The notes under the pieces: generated by a model
The model's input: only the letters and a program-made list of their open reading frames with translations
Told to the model about the DNA's origin: nothing
The model's database searches: none
Part shown: positions 55,488-62,113 of the stretch, one piece after another
How the letters are laid out: each line of letters starts with the position of its first letter
Position numbering within the stretch: the first letter of the stretch is position 1
Position numbers and translations under genes: made by a program
Virus record (IMG/VR): IMGVR_UViG_3300049854_000015
Location: 1-62,113 of that record
Reading direction: 5' to 3' (one strand)
DNA from: a virus
Lineage: Duplodnaviria; Caudoviricetes
DNA length: 62,113 bases

Positions 55488-55639
55488 GAAAAAGCCCCTT
55501 TGCCCGAATAATCATGCCCCAGCATTGCGCAGGAGGCACGATCTCGGTAAGGGCCGATGGTTGATACCTATGAAAATAGCCCCCGTCTTAAAGGCGGAGG
55601 CTAAGGGGGAGAGGGTAGAGAGGATGTTAGTATCAGAGG

Positions 55640-55852
55640 TTATTTCTTGGCTTCCCACGCTCTCTTGGCCGCGTCGATACACTTCTGGATTATCGCAGGG
55701 TCGATAGACTCCATACGTCTTTTATTAGAATTCCATTTACTGATTACCCATCCTTGATGATAGCGGCACTCCATTGAAATATTCCACCAGCCAACATAGC
55801 GGTATAGTCCCTTCTTCCCGCAGACCGGGCATGGCTCGTAGGTGGTGCTCAT
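55640..55852 (-). CDS. Hypothetical protein
   Basis: AAAGGAAAG RBS; CPVCG. Confidence 0.55.
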   Translation of the reverse strand: MSTTYEPCPVCGKKGLYRYVGWWNISMECRYHQGWVISKWNSNKRRMESIDPAIIQKCIDAAKRAWEAKK

Positions 55853-55977
55853 TTTCTTTCCTTTCACCTATCCGAAATAATCGGACTCGTTTCACTTTGT
55901 AACGGGTTCACTCTGGCTGTTCTTCCTACTAATTTGACATATATTAGTATTCAGTAGTATTCACTGCCCGCGAGGGG

Positions 55978-56196
55978 TTAGGTTTTCTGTTCTGCGTCGG
56001 CGGCTAAAGCGGCCTTAACGCCCTTATTGATTATTTCTTGTAAAGCATCTTCAAATTCTTTGGCCGCAGCTTGGAGTTCTTCAATCTCGGCGGCTCCGGC
56101 ATAACCCCATGAATAACCATCATAATCGCCCAGTGCTTTATCATGGGCGGTTCTGGCTGCGTACCATCGTATCATAGCTTTATAGAGCTTATCCAT
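55978..56196 (-). CDS. Hypothetical protein
   Basis: 72-aa helical ORF with RBS. Confidence 0.6.
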   Translation of the reverse strand: MDKLYKAMIRWYAARTAHDKALGDYDGYSWGYAGAAEIEELQAAAKEFEDALQEIINKGVKAALAADAEQKT

Positions 56197-56298
56197 CGTT
56201 CTACCCTTTCAGTTGGTGACGATTTGTCACCGACTCAATAAAGTCCTGAGTTTACAAGCCTTGCCAACGCCTGAACGTACCCCACCCGGCTATTGTCG

Positions 56299-56341
56299 CC
56301 GGCTCTATTCACGGCTAATCATGTGCCTCACTAATACTCTA
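56299..56341 (+). repeat. 43-bp direct repeat, copy 1 (copy 2 at 56780-56822)
   Basis: CCGGCTCTATTC(A/G)CGGCTAATCATGTGCCT(C/T)ACTAATACTCTA. Confidence 0.85.
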
Positions 56342-56360
56342 TCCTCCGAGGGGCAAGGGG

Positions 56361-56756
56361 TTAGGCTTTCGCTCTTGCGATAAGATTCTCAATCTCTACG
56401 AAACAATCCATGCACAATATTCCACCACGTTTGGCAATAGGCACGGCAGCCCACCAGCGATCATTATCCACATGAAACATTTCGGGCCATAACTGGCCAC
56501 ATCGCATACACATATTTGGGAATACAATATAAGGTACACGGCCTTTAAGCTCTAAGAATTTAAGCCATTGCTCTTCCTGTTGCACGGTCAGACCATGTTC
56601 GTAGGCCCACGTACCTTCAGAAACATCAATTCCTATTTGTTTGTAGCAACAATCACAACTAATTAGTTGGCCGCCGCAGAATGGGCAACGTTCCATATCA
56701 CAACCTAAATGGTGAATATTACCTTCTTCAACTTCACAATCGTGGCATGTTTTCAT
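56361..56756 (-). CDS. Cys/His-rich hypothetical protein
   Basis: CHDC.V..G..H..GCDMERCP.CGGQLISCDC. Confidence 0.75.
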   Translation of the reverse strand: MKTCHDCEVEEGNIHHLGCDMERCPFCGGQLISCDCCYKQIGIDVSEGTWAYEHGLTVQQEEQWLKFLELKGRVPYIVFPNMCMRCGQLWPEMFHVDNDRWWAAVPIAKRGGILCMDCFVEIENLIARAKA

Positions 56757-56779
56757 CCTTCTTTCCTTTCACTCTGTAA

Positions 56780-56822
56780 CCGGCTCTATTCGCGGCTAAT
56801 CATGTGCCTTACTAATACTCTA
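56780..56822 (+). repeat. 43-bp direct repeat, copy 2
   Basis: 2 mismatches to 56299-56341; encodes the end of the 56786 ORF. Confidence 0.85.
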
Positions 56823-57079
56823 GCCTCAATCGCCTCGATCTTTGCCTCAGCGTATCTGTAAGCCCGCCACAATTCAGCCCAGTAGCTTGAGCGTGGATGA
56901 GCGGCGTCGATACAGTTTCGCAAGTCAACTTGACGTTGCTTCCAATAGGCAAGATTTCGGGTTTCCATTGTGCGAGTGTCCAAAAAAGTGCCGCCTACGG
57001 CCAGGGGGACACTCGCGGTGAAGCCCCAGCTTTCGGCGGCGTTTGTCATTCTATCAGATTCTTTGCGAGTGTCCATCAT
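56786..57079 (-). CDS. Hypothetical protein (start uncertain)
   Basis: Minus-strand cassette. Confidence 0.5.
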   Translation of the reverse strand: MMDTRKESDRMTNAAESWGFTASVPLAVGGTFLDTRTMETRNLAYWKQRQVDLRNCIDAAHPRSSYWAELWRAYRYAEAKIEAIEARVLVRHMISRE

Positions 57080-57128
57080 AAAGCCCCGGTTGTGAGTCGG
57101 ACGCAACCAAACCGGGCGGGGCTGAGAA

Positions 57129-57461
57129 TCAAACCAAGAATACCATATCCGCGTGATTGTTCTCGTAAAGATATTTCCGCAATTTCCGTTTCGAAGACAG
57201 AACGATGGGATTTGTTTCTTTCAACATAGCTCTTAACTGACAGTAATCAGCGTAGAGTTGTTTTGCTTTTTGCTGTGCTGTAAAACGTTCCTCTGCGACT
57301 TGTATAGTCTCTTTGGGGGTTTGTGGGTATGCCCTGAAAAGTGGTTTGCCCCATTTCTTGTTGCCTGTTTTTCTGGTATAGCCCCACCATCCGCCCATTG
57401 AACAAGATATTTTTTTTCGCTCGTATAAACCATTTTCGATTGTAAATATAACAGGTTTCAT
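57129..57461 (-). CDS. Hypothetical protein
   Basis: 110-aa ORF. Confidence 0.6.
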   Translation of the reverse strand: MKPVIFTIENGLYERKKISCSMGGWWGYTRKTGNKKWGKPLFRAYPQTPKETIQVAEERFTAQQKAKQLYADYCQLRAMLKETNPIVLSSKRKLRKYLYENNHADMVFLV

Positions 57462-57497
57462 TTGCGAGTGCCCTTCAAAATAGATTGATAAAGTTTT

Positions 57498-57770
57498 TCA
57501 TACAAAGCCCCGCTTAGGCAAGCGGAGTTGGTATTCTCTGATAACTTCGCCCGAGCCGATAGATACTATCTTGCCGCACCCGAGGCAATGCTCATGGGTT
57601 TCTTGGATACCGCACGGGCAGTCCGGCCCGGCTTTGTGTATGCCTGCCCTAAGACATTTGGCAAAGTCGGGCAAATGGTTAATAGGTTCTCGGGTTAGTG
57701 TTTTCATAAGGCCCGCCGCACCATTGAAGGCCACGGCTGCACCGGGCGGGCTGAGAATCGCAATTTTCAT
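57498..57770 (-). CDS. Hypothetical protein
   Basis: ATGA coupling; Cys/His cluster. Confidence 0.5.
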   Translation of the reverse strand: MKIAILSPPGAAVAFNGAAGLMKTLTREPINHLPDFAKCLRAGIHKAGPDCPCGIQETHEHCLGCGKIVSIGSGEVIREYQLRLPKRGFV

Positions 57771-58000
57771 TTTTCTTCTTCCCATGTAATTGTACAACGT
57801 TTGACCTTCCCTTGGACCGTATCGGTATTAACTATGTGTTTTTCTGCCTCTCTGCGTGTCCTGTACACGCGCGGAACTGGAGCATATACACCTAAATCTT
57901 GATCGCCTGGGAAGCTACTTCCTGCGGGCCAATACGAACTCCATTTTCCTGTATCGCGAGGCTTGATTTTGACAACAATGACCCATCCTGTTGTAAACAT
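57767..58000 (-). CDS. Hypothetical protein
   Basis: AAGGAG RBS. Confidence 0.55.
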   Translation of the reverse strand: MFTTGWVIVVKIKPRDTGKWSSYWPAGSSFPGDQDLGVYAPVPRVYRTRREAEKHIVNTDTVQGKVKRCTITWEEEK

Positions 58001-58004
58001 ATTC

Positions 58005-58349
58005 CTATTCTCCTTTCTCGGCAGGCTCGGCCAGGGCGATTGCGGCCTCGGCTTGGGCAAAGATGAAATCATCCCTTATAAGGCCGTCTTTATCGGTGTC
58101 TTCTATCGCTTGTTTTATCGCCTTGCACGCTTCCAGCAAGGCGTCATGGCTGTTGCAGGCGCGGACGATAAATTCGGCGTTGGCTTTTTGTTCTTGTTGG
58201 CGTTGGGTTTGTCCTTTTCCTATTGCTGCAGAGCACATACGGGCAATCCGAATTCCGTTCATCCTGATTTCGGGCGATGAACCTGGATTATAATAGTCAT
58301 CGCAAATCCACGGTCCTGCTGTGTGTTGTGTTTTCGTTTCCATTTTCAT
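58005..58349 (-). CDS. Hypothetical phage protein
   Basis: HT.GPW...ANAEFIVRACNSHD.LLEACK motif. Confidence 0.75.
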   Translation of the reverse strand: MKMETKTQHTAGPWICDDYYNPGSSPEIRMNGIRIARMCSAAIGKGQTQRQQEQKANAEFIVRACNSHDALLEACKAIKQAIEDTDKDGLIRDDFIFAQAEAAIALAEPAEKGE

Positions 58350-58491
58350 TCTCCAAAAGGCGGGCCGCGCCGTCAGCCGTCCGCTTGGCAGCAGGTGTAG
58401 CCTCGGGCGCAGCCCATAAGTTCTGGTGATTTGTTTCGATCTGATTGTGCTGCCAAGCGTTCTTCATTTTTTTATCCTTTATCTTATCGAC

Positions 58492-58520
58492 ATTTTACCC
58501 CACTCCGCATGAGCCGTCAA
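58492..58520 (-). promoter_or_regulatory. Sigma70 promoter of the minus-strand cassette
   Basis: TTGACG-17 nt-TAAAAT. Confidence 0.65.
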
Positions 58521-58616
58521 GATGGGAATATGTCAAGGAAATTGTAAACATAGGCACAATATAGACTTGCAAGCGATAATAATATTTTAATGTCCAGAAA
58601 AGAAACGGGATTGCGC

Positions 58617-58644
58617 TTGTATTTGTCTGCGTTTGTGATATAAT
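58617..58644 (+). promoter_or_regulatory. Divergent promoter with extended -10
   Basis: TTGTAT-16 nt-TATAAT, with TG one base before the -10. Confidence 0.5.
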
Positions 58645-59121
58645 CCCCAGCGAAATGAACGATGGATTAGCAACCTTGCAAGGACGTAACGATAAAATCC
58701 CCGTTGGAGCTACTGCTGGGTTTCCGGAGCCGCAGCATCTTCTAACCGGGATTTGCGATATTCCGGCGGGTCCAGGCATAGCAAAAACTGAGTCTGGGCC
58801 TTGCCGGTTTTTTTCTGCGCAGACAATAGGTGAGAAAAAGGGATCGTTCGCACGAAGGTACGGCACGCAACAGGTGAAGGGGAAAGGACCAGAGCTGACT
58901 CAATCTGGTTGTCGATGCAGCGGCTGAGCAAGAACCGAAAAACGCGATTTTTGCTCCGCTGCTGGAATAAGGCGAACGAATAAAACTTGGGGTTATGATA
59001 AACAAACCTTAGCCCTTACCTTAGATAAGTAAATAGGACGTACTGAGCTTTAATAATAAGAGGGACTCAGTAATAACTTTCCCCTCTAAATACTTATGAT
59101 GTTATAAGTAAAACTTATGAT

Positions 59122-59388
59122 ATGATGAAGTCTAAGAAACATCGTCAAGCCTGGTGGAATGGTTTAAGCGGAAATGATCAGACGGCCTATCTTGAGAAGG
59201 TACAAGCGAGAAAAGCCGAGAAACGACGCCAAAAGTCGATGAAACTAATGAAGGATCAACATTACGACTGCACAGACTGCATCCACGGCAGAACCAATAG
59301 CTGCACGGACAATCTGCCGAACGGTTGCGAATATTACTCAAGCGAGATAACAGGCGAATCAGGCCCAGCCTACAAGAGAACAGCATGA
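59122..59388 (+). CDS. Hypothetical protein
   Basis: 88 aa, CxxC. Confidence 0.55.
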   Translation: MMKSKKHRQAWWNGLSGNDQTAYLEKVQARKAEKRRQKSMKLMKDQHYDCTDCIHGRTNSCTDNLPNGCEYYSSEITGESGPAYKRTA

Positions 59389-59756
59389 CACAATATATCT
59401 GTAAAAAGTGCTTTCGGGTTTTCGAGTGCGGTGATGGTAAATGCTGCGGGGAAACGGAGCCATTTGATTTGCAGAAACATGGCCCGACGTTGATTTCATT
59501 GTCGAATGCGTGGGTTGCAGTGTCGAAGGAGTGGGAAGGGGATAGATTGTTGGAAGCGGTGCGCGATGAACTAATTAAAGATGGATGCTATAGTGCCGCG
59601 ATTATTTTCAACGAGTTTATCAAAAGGCTTGAACAGAAGATAGCATGTTTTACTTACCAAGCTGGTCCATCCATAGGCAGGCCGGAAGATATGGTAGAGA
59701 TGAAAGCTGAGATAACATCTAATTCCGGCCCAGCCTACAGAAAGAGAACATCATAA
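59385..59756 (+). CDS. Hypothetical protein
   Basis: ATGA coupling; C-terminus duplicates that of the upstream gene. Confidence 0.6.
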   Translation: MTQYICKKCFRVFECGDGKCCGETEPFDLQKHGPTLISLSNAWVAVSKEWEGDRLLEAVRDELIKDGCYSAAIIFNEFIKRLEQKIACFTYQAGPSIGRPEDMVEMKAEITSNSGPAYRKRTS

Positions 59757-59757
59757 T

Positions 59758-59958
59758 ATGCCAGAACAAGCACGGAAAAGAAGTAAAGCTCCGGATCGCC
59801 GTCCAGCACGATTAAGATATTGGCTCGGCAAGCACCTCCAGGCTAATAAAGTCAAACAGCTCATGCGATGGGGTATGACTAAGATGGACGCCATTGATTA
59901 TTGGCAGCAACACCGTAAAGGCAGGATGAAAACAAGTTTTGAAAAGAAAACAGCATGA
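59758..59958 (+). CDS. Basic hypothetical protein
   Basis: 66-aa ORF. Confidence 0.5.
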   Translation: MPEQARKRSKAPDRRPARLRYWLGKHLQANKVKQLMRWGMTKMDAIDYWQQHRKGRMKTSFEKKTA

Positions 59959-60124
59959 ATGAACGTATTGCAAAAGTCATTTTTATCATCCTATGGTATG
60001 CGGTATGGTTTGGTGGATTTGTGGGTCTTTGTGCGATAATCGCAAAATTATTCCCAAATCTAAGGGTTTTATAAATGAAAGTCTATAAAACAGAACAGCA
60101 AGCAGTCGATCATAAAGAGGATCA

Positions 60125-60337
60125 ATGCCAGACGAGAAAGCATATCCGGTGTTAGCCTGTGTTTGTGGCTCAACAGATATTAAGGCAATGAATGACCCAT
60201 TATTTATGCCTCGGATTGAATGTCAAAAATGTTATCGGTTTACAGTGGGGGATACTGTAGAGCAGGTGATAGAACGATGGAATAAAGGGATCGAAGCGCA
60301 ACATGCCTCAAGCCGCCAAGACACACAAACAGAATGA
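60125..60337 (+). CDS. Lar-like Zn-ribbon protein
   Basis: C.CGS...I.C.KC...IERWN. Confidence 0.6.
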   Translation: MPDEKAYPVLACVCGSTDIKAMNDPLFMPRIECQKCYRFTVGDTVEQVIERWNKGIEAQHASSRQDTQTE

Positions 60338-60614
60338 GAAGCACCGATTTGATAACAGGCCATCAGCGGCAAGGCGAGGCTATGGTTATTGGTGGAGCAA
60401 TCCTAAAGGTACGGGCTTACGGGATAGACACCTGAAGAAGTATCCCTTATGCGTTATGTGCAAGGCTCAGGGCAGAGATGAGGCAGCCATTCATGTTGAC
60501 CATATCATACCACACCGGGGCAATGAAAAATTATTGAAAGACCCGAACAATCTTGAGAGCCTTTGTACGCCGCATCATAATGCAAAATCTGCAAAGGAGA
60601 AACATGGAAGATAA
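60303..60614 (+). CDS. HNH endonuclease, packaging-associated (HK97 gp74-like)
   Basis: SAARRGYG..W, PLCVMC, VDHIIPH.G, N...LC..HH..K. Confidence 0.92.
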   Translation: MPQAAKTHKQNEKHRFDNRPSAARRGYGYWWSNPKGTGLRDRHLKKYPLCVMCKAQGRDEAAIHVDHIIPHRGNEKLLKDPNNLESLCTPHHNAKSAKEKHGR

Positions 60615-60897
60615 ATCAATAACTTGGAAACTATTGTGGGAGAAAACTACATTGCGGTCTTGGGTTGCAAGTATTATTACCAGTGCTCTAACATGCCTAT
60701 TTGGTCTAATCATTTTGCTCGTGATTTCCCCACTTTCTTTTGGACCGAAAAATGATGCTATGGCAATGCTCAAAATATGTTTTTGGGCGATAGGGTTTTT
60801 GTGCGCAACGGTTGGAGCTGGCGTAACGGTAATGTGTAGTCTTGAATTTATCTATCACCTAATATGTGGCAACTTTACAAAAGCGATAAAGGATTAA
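60604..60897 (+). CDS. Two-TM membrane protein
   Basis: Two hydrophobic helices; AAGGAG RBS. Confidence 0.6.
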   Translation: MEDKSITWKLLWEKTTLRSWVASIITSALTCLFGLIILLVISPLSFGPKNDAMAMLKICFWAIGFLCATVGAGVTVMCSLEFIYHLICGNFTKAIKD

Positions 60898-60899
60898 GT

Positions 60900-61247
60900 A
60901 TGGCAGAACTAACCCCGAAAGACTTTGATGAACATGAGCAGGTTGCAGTAGCAGATAGTGATTGGGAAAAACGGAATACATTTGGGGCTTATATGCGTTT
61001 CATAGAAAAGGGATGTCCAGAGGATGAGCTTAAAGGTGAGAAGGAAATGGCGCAAAATGAAGATGATGAGCCTGAGATGCAGCAGATATTCAGTACGAGA
61101 GTAGTTAAGGTCTGCATAGACAGCGAGCAGGACAGGAAGAACATGCTCATGGCTCTGGCGGGTGCAGGGCATAAAGTGTGGGTGGAGTATGATAGTCTGC
61201 ATTGCAAGTATTGGGTATGCTTTGAGAATGAGGCTGAGAATGGATGA
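60900..61247 (+). CDS. Hypothetical protein
   Basis: Acidic ORF in the operon. Confidence 0.55.
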   Translation: MAELTPKDFDEHEQVAVADSDWEKRNTFGAYMRFIEKGCPEDELKGEKEMAQNEDDEPEMQQIFSTRVVKVCIDSEQDRKNMLMALAGAGHKVWVEYDSLHCKYWVCFENEAENG

Positions 61248-61806
61248 GAAACCAAGAAATTCAAATCTATACATAAAAGGTTTTATATCAGCTTTGGGTG
61301 TTGATGATGTCTCGGATAATCAAGTAACTTTTAGCGTGACGTTTGATGGAGCGACAACTCGTATCATAGAGGATATTAAAAAGATTGTCGGCTCTAAAGC
61401 GGAATTGATTATTCGTATGGACAGTTATCCAGATAATTTCCCGCAGATGCAACAGACAGACACAAGAACTATGGATGAGAAACTTGAACAACTAAAAGAG
61501 AAGTTGCCTAATAGCTATGACTATATCAATCGAGGTATTAGTCCTGAGATGGCCACATGTGAGGATGTAAAGAATATTTTAAGAGCAATTCGAGTGCTTG
61601 GCGAAATGGTAATGCGTCTAGCTGAGATTGTAGAAGGCAAACCAGAACGCACAGTAACATCCTATCGTTGTGTGATATGTGGCAAGCAACATCCTACGGC
61701 TGATGGTGCTGGTCGATGTTGTGTGGCGACAGAAGATAAGCTCATACAAAGCTATGCAGAATATACCCAGCGAGGTTCAGGCTTAGGAGCTTACGAAGGA
61801 ACATAA
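61240..61806 (+). CDS. Hypothetical protein
   Basis: YRCVICG...CC motif. Confidence 0.55.
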   Translation: MDEKPRNSNLYIKGFISALGVDDVSDNQVTFSVTFDGATTRIIEDIKKIVGSKAELIIRMDSYPDNFPQMQQTDTRTMDEKLEQLKEKLPNSYDYINRGISPEMATCEDVKNILRAIRVLGEMVMRLAEIVEGKPERTVTSYRCVICGKQHPTADGAGRCCVATEDKLIQSYAEYTQRGSGLGAYEGT

Positions 61807-61812
61807 TCAGAT

Positions 61813-62091
61813 ATGCCTTTTATAACGAACAAAGCCGTAGTGATAATTGATGGTGTTGAATATCCAAACAACGATCTATCTGTAAACGACGATGGGGATC
61901 TTTTGACAATAGCATTAGACCGGGCACTCGATCCCTCAAAGTTTTACCGAGTGCATCCCTATAATGGTGTGCTTGATAAAGAAAACGGTGTTCTTGAATA
62001 TGACTGCACAGCAACACAGACGAACGGTCACATTATGAAATTCAAGTTGCGTTTTCCGAGTGCGAATGTTTGTATAAGACGAAGGGGATAG
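61813..62091 (+). CDS. Hypothetical protein
   Basis: 92-aa ORF ending within the terminal overlap. Confidence 0.55.
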   Translation: MPFITNKAVVIIDGVEYPNNDLSVNDDGDLLTIALDRALDPSKFYRVHPYNGVLDKENGVLEYDCTATQTNGHIMKFKLRFPSANVCIRRRG

Positions 62092-62113
62092 GGGGAGGAA
62101 AAAAGCTGGATAG
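62060..62113 (+). repeat. Terminal overlap, right copy
   Basis: Matches 1-54 at 50/54. Confidence 0.9.

Larger units (their letters stand above)
1..62113. mobile_element. Temperate tailed bacteriophage (siphovirus morphotype), apparently complete genome
   Basis: Ordered terminase-portal-protease-capsid-neck-tail modules, integrase, recombination genes, HNH near the right end and terS near the left end; the ends overlap. Confidence 0.95.

Noticed and set aside
58495-59005. Several overlapping ORFs in the divergent promoter region
   Set aside because: No convincing RBS or protein-like composition; probably regulatory or origin-like DNA, which I cannot support further.
1-62113. Alternative genetic code or stop-codon reassignment
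   Set aside because: Core genes are full length under the standard code and no suppressor tRNA is seen.

Overview
The window is an apparently complete (~62.06 kb) temperate siphovirus genome. Its first and last 54 nt are 50/54 identical, so it probably circularises. It has HK97-type packaging and head genes (P27-type terS, terL, portal, prohead protease, major capsid, HNH packaging nuclease), a methyltransferase/glycosyltransferase block right after the capsid gene, a GTA-like siphoviral tail (tail tube, frameshifted chaperones, tape measure, DUF2460-like, DUF2163-like, tail tip), a tyrosine integrase, a recombination module (YqaJ exonuclease, ERF, SSB) and many small hypothetical genes. The KAFTLIEL-type pilin and the SSB sequence weakly suggest a Planctomycetota-like host. 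The most striking locus lies in the lysogeny region. A single 179-aa RAMP/Cas7-like gene (36905-37444) is flanked by two ~130-nt arrays of strictly phased pentamers, each a conserved GGY plus a variable NN, with no CRISPR or other cas gene. This is a candidate minimal RNA-guided system. Other notable items: a full tRNA-Pro(CGG) antisense inside the integrase 3' end next to a second isolated tRNA-Pro anticodon arm (candidate attP), about 15 tRNA-like or long-stem non-coding elements (38.8-44.3 kb), a phage-encoded type IV pilin, and a stand-alone CysRS-like anticodon-binding domain. All assignments are by eye from motifs and synteny; no database searches were run.
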